From NCBI GenBank assembly GCA_963693365.1, contig CAVNZM010000003.1:12987252-13051251 (forward strand): a stretch of DNA of 64,000 nt, given 5' to 3'. The notes beneath the pieces are model-generated. The model was given only the letters and a program-made list of their open reading frames with translations, was not told where the DNA came from and did not search any database. A program made the translations under genes and the position numbers. The number at the start of each line of letters is the position of its first letter. Position 1 is the stretch's first letter. Of this stretch, positions 43,780-55,216 are shown one piece after another. Source of the DNA: Amoebidium appalachense. Its lineage: Eukaryota > Protista > Ichthyosporea.

Positions 43780-43812
<33 letters not shown>

Positions 43813-44008
43813 CAAAAAAACTAAAAAATAAAACACACACACATGGCTGCACAAGTACACCAGCCACTCACACGCAAATTCGCCAAAGCCTTTCCCCCCC
43901 CCCCCTCCCCTCCCCCCCCCCCCCCCCAAAAAAAAACAAAACAAAAAAAAAACAAAAAAAAACACACACACACACACGGCTGCAAGAGTACACCAGCCAC
44001 TCACACGC

Positions 44009-44047
<39 letters not shown>

Positions 44048-44135
44048 CTGCACGAGTACACCAGCCACTCATACCCAAATTCGCCAAAGCCCCCCCCCCC
44101 CCCCCCCCCCCCCCCCCACCCCCCAAAAAAAACAT
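43081..44135. repeat. Array of 9 x 44-bp ggctgcacgagtacaccagccaccca(t/c)ac(c/g)caaattcgccaaag units with Cn-An-(CA)n spacers
   Basis: Directly visible. Confidence 0.93.
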
Positions 44136-45238
44136 ATGTCTGGCACCTAATTGTCCTGCAGGTTGCACGTGCATGTGGCTGTACAGGCGCCGGGTTTCGA
44201 TCGCCGCGGCGGACTAACGGAGTCTCAGAAGGGCACACAATTTGCATATTCTAAAACTAGAGGTCAAGGGCTGTGTCTGGTTTTTTTGTTGGAGAAAAAC
44301 GGACCACAGGGAGCCGAGATATCGCGCCGCAAAGGTGCACCCCTCTGGGTACCCGTCACCCATGTACCAGATCTGACCCAAACAGGGGTGCGCAGCCAGC
44401 CAATCACAGCAGGAGGGGACTCGTGGCTCCCGGATGCAGAATTGGCCAATGGAATCCTGCTGCCATCCTTTGAGCTGCTCAGAGCACCCCCAGACCGCAC
44501 ACGAAATCGAGACCCCCACAGGGCCTAAAAGTGCAGCCCGTGAACCGTGCACACGAGTTATATGCCAGTGCTATCTGGGCGTGCAGAGCAACGCGGGTTG
44601 CCACTGCAAGAAAATGCACACAGATCCGGGCATTCCGGGCTGTGTGGTGGATTTTGGAGTGTTGTGGGGAGGCCAAATTTCGGCACAGTCCTGGTCCATG
44701 AGCCCCCGCCGGCTCACAGGGGATTCCATTCGAGCAGCTCAGTGTGCAGATCCAAACAGCAGCCGGTAAACAGTATTAAATCGATCTGGGGCCTGCCAGA
44801 AGGGCACAGTCTGCTCTATGGTGCACACTGTATACTATTTTCTCGCTTCCTTCAGCTTCTGTGGCTTCCTTCTACAAAGATCTGAGGTACTGGTGGTGCA
44901 CGAACGTCAAGTTGGGGCACTGTGGCTCTGTGGCACCGTGGCAGTACTAATGTGTGCAACGACTGTGTGTCTGATGTGTGTGTTTGTGAATTGGTTGAGT
45001 GGGTGACTTTGGCTGTGTGACACAGTAGCAGTACTGGTGTGTGCATTGAATGTGTGTAGATGTGTGTGTGTGTGTGAATTGGTTGAGTGGGTGACTTGGC
45101 TGTGTGTAGTTTGTGCATGAAGTAGCTGAGTGGGTAAACTGGTTATTGTTCGGTTATCACGGCAGTGTATGTGTGTTTGTAGCCTGGGTGTGTGCCTCCA
45201 CCCCCCCCCCCCCCCCCCCCCCTTGCAGACCCACCACC

Positions 45239-47546
45239 ATGGACGGCTTTGCAATCTACGAGCGCCTGGGCATTGACAACGCCCGGGAGTGTGGCTTCCC
45301 CGCCATCTCACCGGAGCTTGAGACCCTGCTGGGCACTCTGCGGGACGACGTGGTGATTGATGTGCTGAGCTGCCTCGACCCCCTGCTGGGCGACAGCGAC
45401 AAGACTGTCTCTGGGCGCGACGTCTACAGGGTGCTGGGTTATGGCAACTACAACGAGTTTGCCAGAGCCATGTTCAAAGGCCGAGACGGCAACCCTGGCT
45501 GTGTTCCAGTGGGGGACTACACTGCGGTGCGACTTGAGGTGAGCGGTCCTATGTTAATAGCCACGGTTGCAAGAAGGTCTAGGTTGGTCTTTGGTGGCTG
45601 GAGGTACCGTAACAATAGTTCTTGGTTGATTCGCTCAAAGTCACACTCCCCAGGTTCAACTGAGACACGGACACCGCACCTCATTAGACAGCAGGGGCTT
45701 GTTGGTTAGCAATCTCAGCCCCACGGGCTGAGAAGTATGGTTACTAATAATAGTGTGACGTAATAGTGACGTCATAGTGGTAGGTTAGCTTCTCAGCCCC
45801 GCAGGCTGAGAAGTATGGTTACTAATAATAGTGTGACGTAATAGTGACATCGTAGTGGTAGGTTAGCTTCTCAGCTCCACGGGCTGAAAAGTATGGTTAG
45901 TAGTGTGACGTAATAGTGACATCGTAGTGGTAGGTTAGCTTCTCAGCCCCGCAGGCTGAAAAGCATGGTTACTAATAATAGTGTGACGTAATAGTGACAT
46001 CGTAGTGATAGGTTAGCTTCTCAGCTCCACGGGCTGAAAAGTATGGTTAGTAGTGTGACGTAATAGTGACATCGTAGTGGTAGGTTAGCTTCTCAGCCCC
46101 GCAGGCTGAAAAGCATGGTTACTAATAATAGAGTGACGTAATAGTGACATCATAGTGGTAGGTTAGCTTCTCAGCCCCGCAGGCTGAGAAGTATGGTTAG
46201 TAGTGTGACGTAATAGTGACATCGTAGTGGTAGGTTAGCTTCTCAGCTCCACGGGCTGAAAAGTATGGTTAGTAGTGTGACGTAATAGTGACATCGTAGT
46301 GGTAGGTTAGCTTCTCAGCCCCGCAGGCTGAAAAGCATGGTTACTAATAATAGAGTGACGTAATAATGACATCATAGTGGTAGGTTAGCTTCTCAGCCCC
46401 GCAGGCTGAGAAGTATGGTTAGTAGTGTGACGTAATAGGTTTCCAGTCCGCCAACAGCCAAGCGGTAAAGATTGTTTGGAAGTGTAGTGGTGTATCCTTC
46501 TCTTATGTAATTGCTAACAAATTGTGTTTCCACAGAGCACTGGTGGTCGTCCTGGCATTGACCACCTGCTGACCCCCAAGGGCTTCCGGCTGGCTACGTC
46601 TGCAACCCTGGGCCCGCTTGGCTACCTGGTGCGTGTGTGGGCCTTCAACGTGGCCGAGGCCTTTGCCCGCCTGGCCGCCAGCAACAAGGAGGGGGCCATC
46701 ATCGCCCTGCGTGAGACCCTCGCCGCTGCCGAGGCCCGAGCCGCCGCCGCCGCGACCGAGGCCCGTGCTGCCGCCCTTGAGCGCGACCTTGCCCTCGAGG
46801 GCAAAGAGGCTGCCCTGGAGGCCCGCGACGCCGCGACATCCCTGCTGATGGAGGCGGCGGCCCGTGCCAACAGGGAGCTGCGCAAGTGGGGCAGTGACAT
46901 GCCCAGCATGGCGAGCGGCAACTTTGCCAACAACAAGGCCTTCAAGCGGATCACCCGCTCGTTTGCGTACGGGGCGACCGATGCCATCTACGCGCTGGAT
47001 GAGCACAACGCCAACACCTACACCGACATGATTATGGCCGTCACCGGCGTGTGTGTGCTGTTTCCCACCGCTGAGGTGTCCAACATTGTGGCCACGACCG
47101 GCCTGCAGCGCGCCATGAAGGAGCGCATCCGCATCTGGACCGGGATGGAGCCCGCCTACTCGACCGACATGACCACCAACCAGCTGTACACGTTCATCCT
47201 CAACTACGTGGACTGGTTTGTGAAGCACTACAACGAGCGCTCGCTGCAGTCCATGCTGGACGGCGGCATTGCCATGCCCGCTGCAAAGGACGTGCCCGTG
47301 GAGATGGCGGTGTGGCTGGACGCCATCCATGACAAGTTCCCCGACATCTGCCCCCTGGAGCTCGGCAAGACCGTCAGCCTGGACGCCCCGCTGGCCGACC
47401 GTGGGGAGCAGCTGTCCGGCCAGACCATTCTTGACCTGTACGTGCGTAAAGGCAGGCTGGGGCGCAAGCGCAAGGTTGCATCTCTAGAGCATACGCCCAA
47501 GGGCGCGGATGTGATTGTTATTGAGGTGGACAGTGAGAACGAGTAG
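45239..47546 (+). CDS. AntA/MSV199-like antirepressor protein, 2 exons (45239-45538, 46536-47546)
   Basis: Phase-0 intron gtgagc..gctaac..cacag joins VSGRDVYRVLGY..GDYTAVRLE to STGGRPGIDHLLTPKGF. Confidence 0.85.
45704..46437. repeat. Intronic tandem array, 10 x 72/78 bp hairpin units
   Basis: Stem cttctcagcc/ggctgagaag plus tgacgt motifs. Confidence 0.95.
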
Positions 47547-47829
47547 GGTGGGTAGCTAGTGGGCGTGTGGGTTAGTATTGTTTGCCTCGGGTACTGGCAC
47601 TTATGTAATCCAACTATGGTACCGTAGTCTGGCCTTGCAATGAAGGTGTTGGCGCCCTGGAGGCACAACGCTGTGAACTAAATAGACCCCGTTTTTGCGC
47701 CCAAACCTGACCACGCAATCCCAAATTGCAATGAGTCTGATGTGTATGCTGATATGCCGAATCTCGTTGATGACGATGAGGACAGCCACTCTGGTGACCA
47801 GGTTGTGCCCAACCAAGATGGGTGCGCAT

Positions 47830-47834
47830 GCCCC

Positions 47835-47882
<48 letters not shown>

Positions 47883-47934
47883 AAACACAAAACTAAATTC
47901 GCCAAGTTCATACACCCGTCCACCTGTGAATGCT

Positions 47935-47965
<31 letters not shown>

Positions 47966-48159
47966 AAAAAAACAAAAAACAAAATAAAACACACACACAC
48001 GGCTGCACGAGTACACCAGCCACCCACACGCAAATTCGCCAAAGCCTCCCCCCCTCCCCCCCCCCCCCAAAAAAAAAAACAAAAACAAAAAAACACACAC
48101 ACACACACACACACACGGCAGCACGAGTACACCAGCCACCCATACCCAAATTCGCCAAA

Positions 48160-48199
<40 letters not shown>

Positions 48200-48700
48200 A
48201 CCAAAAAAAAAACAAAAACACACACACACACACACACGGCTGCACGAGTACACCAGCCACCCATACCCAAATTCGCCAAAGCCCCCCCCCAAAAAAAAAA
48301 CAAAAAAAAAACAAAAAAAACACACACACACGGCTGCACGAGTACACCAGCCACCCACACGCAAATTCGCCAAAGCCTTCCCCCCCCCCCCCTCCTCCCC
48401 CCCCCCCCCTCCCCCCAAAAAAACCCAAAAAAAAACAGAAAAAAACACACACATGGCTGCACGAGTACACCAGCCACCCACACGCAAATTCGCCAAAGCC
48501 TCCCCCCCTCCCCCCCCCCCAAAAAAAAAAAAAAAAAAAAAGAAAAACACACACACACACACGCACACACACACACACACGGCTGCACGAGTACACCAGC
48601 CACCCATACCCAAATTTGCCAAAGTCCCCCCCCCCCCAAAAAAAAAACCAAAAAAAAAACCAAAAAAAAACCAAAAAAAACACACACACACGGCTGCATC
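47830..48700. repeat. Second array of the 44-bp ggctgcacgag unit (6 full copies)
   Basis: Same unit as 43081-44135. Confidence 0.93.
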
Positions 48701-48754
48701 CGGCTCAATGGAAACAGCCACTCTGTGTTCCCACAATGACTGCATGACAAACGC

Positions 48755-49050
48755 CGAGAGCTGACACGTGTCATTATGACGTCACAGCTTCAAGAGCTGA
48801 AATGCGTCATTATGGTGTCACAGCTCGTAGAGGTGACATTGATTGTAGCAGCAGCATTGTGATATTACAGCCCGCAGAGCTGACACGCGTCATTATGATG
48901 TCACAGCTCTGAGAGCTGACACGCGTCATTATGACGTCACAGAGGTGACATTGATTGTAGCAGCAGCATTGTGATATTACAGCCCGCAGAGCTGACACGC
49001 GTCATTATGACGTCACAGCTCTGAGAGCTGACACGCGTCATTATGACGTG
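48755..49050. repeat. Tandem agagctgacacgcgtcattatgacgtcacag repeats
   Basis: About 6 copies with palindromic tgacacgcgtca and tgacgtca. Confidence 0.85.
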
Positions 49051-49142
49051 TCCAACAAGCAACACAGAAGACGGGTGCTAAAAATAGAACGAACACCATA
49101 ATACCGTCACAGCTTCGGCAAGACCGTCAGCCTGGACGCCCC

Positions 49143-49255
49143 ATCTATGACGTCATCGATGCGCAGCCGACCAATGGGAGGAGACTTGGCAAATGCCAAC
49201 TCTCCTCTGATTGGCTGTTGATTGATCTTACCCAACACCTTCTCCAAAACGTTGG
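49143..49255 (-). pseudogene. KilA-N gene fragment with 44-bp palindrome
   Basis: VLEKVLGKINQQPIRGELAFAKSPPIGRLRIDDVID. Confidence 0.8.
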
Positions 49256-49264
49256 CGTGTCTCT

Positions 49265-49503
49265 AGCCACCCATACCCAAATTCGCCAAAGCCCCCCCCC
49301 CCAAAAAAAAAAAAAAAAAAAAAAAAAACACACACACACGGCTGCACGAGTACACCAGCCACCCACACGCAAATTCGCCAAAGCCTCCCCCCCCCTCCTC
49401 CCCCCCCCCCCCAAAAAAAAACCAAAAAAAACAAAAAAAAACACACACACATGGCTGCACGAGTACACCAGCCACCCACACGCAAATTCGCCAAAGCCTC
49501 CCC

Positions 49504-49534
<31 letters not shown>

Positions 49535-49660
49535 AAGAAAAACACACACACACACACACACACACGGCTGCACGAGTACACCAGCCACCCATACCCAAAT
49601 TTGCCAAAGTCCCCCCCCCCCCCCCCCCCCCGGGGCCCCCCCCCCCCAAAAAAAAACACA
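49265..49660. repeat. Third array of the 44-bp ggctgcacgag unit
   Basis: One partial and three full copies. Confidence 0.9.
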
Positions 49661-49744
49661 CGTCGTGCAAACACCCCAAACAGCAGCCCTGGAGCGCGCA
49701 CAGCAAAAATTTTTTCTGGCCATAGGCAAAGCAGCGCAGACACC

Positions 49745-50143
49745 ATGAGTCCCCGCCAAGCCAACGCATACATTCTGTGCTGGGCCCGCAGCTTGGAGAT
49801 TGCAAAAGAACAGCTGGCGCAGGAGTGGGACCGTGCCCACAAGCCAGACCCGCGTGCGGCTGCCATTGGCGAGGGAGAGGCTGCCGCGCCCGCACCCCCC
49901 AAGAACCCATACAGGGGCATGGCCAAGCCCCGCAAGCCCGGTGACAATGTACCTGCGGACTCTCCAGGTGCCCTGCTCTACAACCTGACAAGTGCCATTT
50001 ACCGGGCCAACAAGGACAGGGTCAAAGAGGTTCTGGATGCGCGCAAGGGCCAGCCAGCCGAGGAGACATCCATTGCGGCCCTGCGCAAGGCTGTGACCTT
50101 TCTCCAAGCCCCAGAGGCATCCGCTGTGACGGCGGCTGCGTGA
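49745..50143 (+). CDS. Small hypothetical protein
   Basis: caccATG context, GC3-rich codons, followed by aataaa. Confidence 0.55.
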   Translation: MSPRQANAYILCWARSLEIAKEQLAQEWDRAHKPDPRAAAIGEGEAAAPAPPKNPYRGMAKPRKPGDNVPADSPGALLYNLTSAIYRANKDRVKEVLDARKGQPAEETSIAALRKAVTFLQAPEASAVTAAA

Positions 50144-50743
50144 AAATAAAAATTCTGTGTCAAATACGAGCAACATGACGTGTGTCTGTGCGAGTGTTTA
50201 TTTTCTGCTTCTGGTATACCGAATGGCGCCCCAAGCCGACGGCAGTGTGTCTCCGTGGCTTATTCTGAAGGCTGGCCACCGTGCCCTGATGTTGGCAGCA
50301 TGGACACACTGCCTGGCGGGAGGGTGCCCCGGAACACCCCTGGCTCTGTTGGCGAGTGCAGCCTATGTTGGCTGTCTACCATCCAGCATGTCCAGGACAA
50401 CAGACACGGGCACAAGGCCAGGTGCCTCGGTGGGGGAAACAGAATGAGCCGGAATGTTGTGAGAACTGGTGACTTCGAATTCCGATTGGGGCTGGGCTGC
50501 TTCGATGTGTGTTTCAGGGTCCTCCGGCAATGGGGAGGGAGGGGGTGTAGGGGCAGCAGGCCGGGACTTGGCCGAATGCACAGCGAGCGTGCGTGCGTCT
50601 GTAAATATGTTGGGCTTGCCGGGCATCTTGAGGCGAACCGGCGGTGCTTTCATGGTGCCAGATAAAAATCGGTGTGTGTGTGTGCAGAGGGCAAAAATAG
50701 GTGCGGGTTCTAAAAATAGACACGGACACAGCAATAGAAATCT

Positions 50744-50900
50744 CTATCCTGGTGGCCAGCTGGGCCAAAGACAGAAGAGTGGGGAGAAGAAGATGGTGCT
50801 GTGGAAAAACAAGCACAACAGCCTCATTGAAGCGATCCTTAGGAAGCTATGGTCAGACAAAACAGCAGGAGCGGTTCCTTTTGGAACCGCTCGTCACGTG
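50744..50900 (+). pseudogene. Internally deleted KilA-N fragment with hairpin agcggttcc/ggaaccgct
   Basis: YPGG..EKKMVLWKNKHNSLIEAILRKL resembles the 34678 paralog EKMVVVWKDRHAKLIETLLGKI. Confidence 0.55.
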
Positions 50901-51087
50901 ACCGAAATAGGTGCGGGTTCTAAAAATAAATACGAACACGATTGGAATGTGAACAAACCCTGTCTTGTGCGAGAGCCGGATAAGTTTGGTGCGTGATCCG
51001 GGCATGCCCTGAGCCACGCACGTGTATAAGAACCGGGCTCCGTGCCTGTAACTCTCACTTCAGCACTTTGCCAATTGCACAAACAAG

Positions 51088-53623
51088 ATGTCTTCTTCCA
51101 CCCCCTCTCTCTCAGCCGCCAACTATGGCGAGGCCCCCCCTGCCTACGAGACCCTTCTGGCTCCCCATGTGCGCGCCCCCACCGGCAACTATGTGCGCCA
51201 GTATGTGCTTGTGTTCAGCGACAAGGCCCTGCCCAACAAACTCCCCACCGCCTTTGCCGACCTGCGCACCGTTGATATGCGTGAGCTGCCCGAGTCTGTC
51301 TTTGTCGCCAACTGCCGCTTTGCCAACAAGACCAGCCCCCTTGCCATCCGCCGCTCACTGCTGGACTCAGGTGTGGATGCCCCTGTGTGTGACGCCGTGC
51401 GCATCTACATGCCAGAACCCTCGCTTCATGAGTTCCTGTCGCGGTTCCCTGTCACCGACAAGGAGGCAAGCAAGCTGGCCACCTACCTGTTTCCGGCGGG
51501 GAGTGGCTATGATGGCAAGATGGTCCGCACTACCAGCACCAAGCCACGCAAAGTGTGCGTCTATGATGTCTTCAGCGCTATGGGGTAGGTGTCATGTGGT
51601 GTGCATCTCTATTCTTTTTAGCATCCCCTTCTGTGTTGCTTGTTCAAGTTGGTCATTTTTAGCATCTTGGACACAAGGGTCACTCTTTGTATTGTGGTGT
51701 TCATTCTATTTTTAGCATCTTGGACACAAGGGTCACTCTTTGTATTGTGGTGTTCATTCTATTTTTAGCATCTTGGACACAAGGGTCACTCTTCGTATTG
51801 TGGTGTTCATTCCATTTTTAGCATCTCGGACACAAGGGTCACTCTTCGTATTGTGGTGTTCATTCCATTTTTAGTATCTCGGACACAAGGGTCACTCTTC
51901 GTATTGTGGTGTTCATTCCATTTTTAGCATCTCGGACACAAGGGTCACTCTTCGTATTGTGGTGTTCATTCCATTTTTAGCACCTTGGACACAAGGGTCA
52001 CTCTTCGTATTGTGGTGTTCATTCCATTTTTAGCATCTTGGACACAAGGGTCACTCTTCGTATTGTGGTGTTCATTCCATTTTTAGCATCTTGGACACAA
52101 GGGTCACTCTTCGTATTGTGGTGTTCATTCCATTTTTAGCATCTTGGACACAAGGGTCACTCTTCGTATTGTGGTGTTCATTCCATTTTTAGCATCTTGG
52201 ACACAAGGGTCACTCTTCGTATTGTGGTGTTCATTCCATTTTTAGCATCTTGGACACAAGGGTCACTCTTCGTATTGTGGTGTTCATTCCATTTTTAGCC
52301 TCAAATATCTATATTTAGCCACTTTGCGCTGTGTGTGTTCTGACTTTATCTCGACCCTGCAGATACTCAAATCCCAGCAAGACTTGGAGCGACTTGATCG
52401 GCCGCCATCCTGACCTGGCCACAGCGGTGGCACTCGATTATCTCAGCGGCCAGTCCGCTGGAAAGATGGTCAAGCTGCTGGTGTGCGACGTCACCACCCT
52501 CGTCACTATCATCATGTCTTTGTCGGGCCGCAAGGCTTCTGTATTCCGTTTCAGTGCTGCCGAGCTGCTGGTGCGCTACATGGGGGGTGATGAGTCCCTT
52601 GTCGGCGAGATCCGCACCAACCGTCGCGTGCAAGAGACCCTGCCTGAGTCGCACCCTGCACGCATGTTCGGCGAGTCCGTCGAGTCCGGCAGCCTGCCCA
52701 CCAACCAGAACCACGGCATCCTGGATGCCATGCGCAGCTTCTTCGAGACCACGGTCAAGCCCATCATCGAGGACAAGGACAACACCATTCGCCAGCTCAA
52801 ACGCAGCTTCGAGGACATGCAGGAGGGGCAGGCCCAGGCCTTGGCCACGATGCAGGAGGGACAGGCCCTGGCCCTGGCGATGGTGAAGGAGGCACACGAG
52901 AAGCAGCTCCAGGTGTACAACGCCACCATGCGCGAGAAGGACATCATGCTGCAAGAGAAGTCCCTTATGCTTGCACAGGCAAACCAGGCCATCGCCGAGC
53001 ATACCCGCATCACCCAGGCCCTCATTGAGCAGATGGAGTCCGACCCCACCAACATCAACACCCGTGTCCTTCCCAGCGACCCCGACAAGTCGACGCTCGA
53101 CGGCTTCCCCCACCTGCGTGCCCGGCTGGTCAACCTCCCCATCAGCATCGTTGGTGCCCTGTTTGAGGGTGAGACCAAGGGCCCCACCGAGTTGGTGCAG
53201 CAGTTTACCAACAGCGTGCTCAACGTGAACGTGTTGACTTCCAACACCTGCCGCACCATCAACACGCTCACCGCCCGGGGTGTCATTCAGAACGCCATCA
53301 AGCTGCGTGCCGAGGCCTGGGGCACACCTGTGCGCTACTGCACGGAGATCACCGCACGTCAAGCATACACGGTCATCTGCAACACGGAGAAGTGGGTTGC
53401 CGACAACATGCCCCACATCCTCGGTACCCACGGCTACGGCAACTTGCGTGCTATCATGGCGCGGCAGTTTCCGGGTATCACCCCCCTATCGGTGGAGGGC
53501 ACAACCCTGGAGGTTGTCCCCAAGCCCAGACAGCACAGGAAGGCAGGAAGGGGTAGCAAGAAGGCAGGCAAAAAGGGCAACAAGGCCCCATCCAGGGTGA
53601 TGACCGACTACTTCGGTTGCTAA
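51088..53623 (+). CDS. Bro-N/antirepressor-like DNA-binding protein with coiled-coil, 2 exons (51088-51584, 52363-53623)
   Basis: Phase-2 intron gtaggt..ctgac..ctgcag gives VYDVFSAMG-YSNPSKTW..LSGRKASVFR..LVRYMGGDESLVGEI. Confidence 0.85.
51661..52298. repeat. Intronic tandem array, 12 x 53 bp
   Basis: agcatcttggacacaagggtcactcttcgtattgtggtgttcattccattttt. Confidence 0.96.
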
Positions 53624-53924
53624 ATGGTGGGAGCGGGATATAACATTGGTTCCGTTGTGTATGAATGTTTTAGTGTACAATTCTGAATGAAAGCTTGTAT
53701 GAATGAGCCGATGTATGACATGTACAGTTGCGTATGAATGTTGTAGTGCACATTTCTGAATGAAAGCTTGCATGAATGAGCCGATGTATGACATGTACAA
53801 ACCATTAACAGCACCACACATCTGAACGAATGCCTACACTTTGACTGAATCATAAAAAATTGGTATGAATGATGCTCGAATAAACCGAATGAATGGAAAT
53901 CTGGGATTTGACAAGTGCTTGGTG

Positions 53925-54691
53925 CCCCCCCCCCCCCCTCCACCCCTACAAACACACACATACACCCTCCCCCTCCACTTTCCACCCCCCCCCCCCACCT
54001 CCTTCCAAACACACACACACATATACACCTCCCACCCTCAGAGGCTCCCCTCATCCCTTCCAAACACACACACACAGACACACCCACCCTTCCAAACACA
54101 CGAAAACATCCCCCCCCCCCCCCTCACTCCCCTCCAAACCCCCCCCCCCCCCCCCCCCCTTCAAACACACACACACACACACACCTCCCCCCCCCTTCCC
54201 CCCCCCCCCCCCCCCTTCCAAACACACACATATACACCTCCCACCCTCAGAGGCTCCCCTCATCCCTTCCAAACACACACACACACACACACACACCCTT
54301 CCAAACACACGAATACCCCTCCCCCTTCCCAACACACACATGTACACCTCCCCACCCTCAGAGGCTCCCCTCATCCCTTCCAAACACACACACACACACA
54401 CACACCCACCCTTCCAAACACACGAATACCCCTCCCCCTTCCCAACACACACATATACACCTCCCCACCCTCAGAGGCTCCCCTCATCCCTTCCAAACAC
54501 ACACACACACACCCACCCTTCCAAACACACGAAAACATCCCCCTCCCCCTCACTCCCCTCCAAACACCCCCCCCCCCCCCTTCAAACACACACACACACA
54601 CCTCCCCTTCCCTCCCCCCTCCCCCTTCCAAAACACACACATATACCTCCCACCCTCAGAGGCTCTCCTCATCCCTTCCAAACACACACAC

Positions 54692-54748
<57 letters not shown>

Positions 54749-54946
54749 CCAAACACACGAATACCCCTCCCCCTTCCCAACACACACATATACACCTCCC
54801 ACCCTCAGAGGCTCCCCTCATCCCTTCCAAACACACACACACACACACACACACACCCTTCCAAACACACGAAAACATCCCCCCTCCCCCTCACTCCCCT
54901 CCAAACACACACACACACACACACCTCCCCCCCCCCTCCCCCCCTT

Positions 54947-54981
<35 letters not shown>

Positions 54982-55130
54982 CCCCCCCTCCCCCCCCCCC
55001 CTTCAAACACACACACACACACACACACACCTCCCCCTTCCCCCCCCCCCCCCCCTTTCAAACACACACACACACCTCCCCCTTCCCTCCCTCCCCCCTC
55101 CCCTACAAAAACACACACCTCCCCCCCCTC
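53925..55130. repeat. C/A-rich compound satellite (cccttccaaacacac; cctcagaggctcccctcat)
   Basis: Directly visible. Confidence 0.9.
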
Positions 55131-55216
55131 CTGGGAAAACTGTGTGTGAGGGGGGGGGGGGGATTCACAAATGCCACCCAATTCAACACATTGCTGAATT
55201 TATTTGCCACCGCAGC

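Noticed and set aside
43081-44135. CRISPR array (44-bp repeat with variable spacers)
   Set aside because: Spacers are only homopolymer and dinucleotide runs; no cas genes; eukaryotic viral context
42844-44247. Long Pro/Lys/Gly/Phe-rich ORFs (also 47601-48774, 49145-49991, 53865-55261)
   Set aside because: Products of low-complexity arrays open in many frames
45539-45709. C-terminal part of the 45113-45709 ORF as real coding sequence
   Set aside because: Lies inside the predicted intron; the spliced product restores the antirepressor motif
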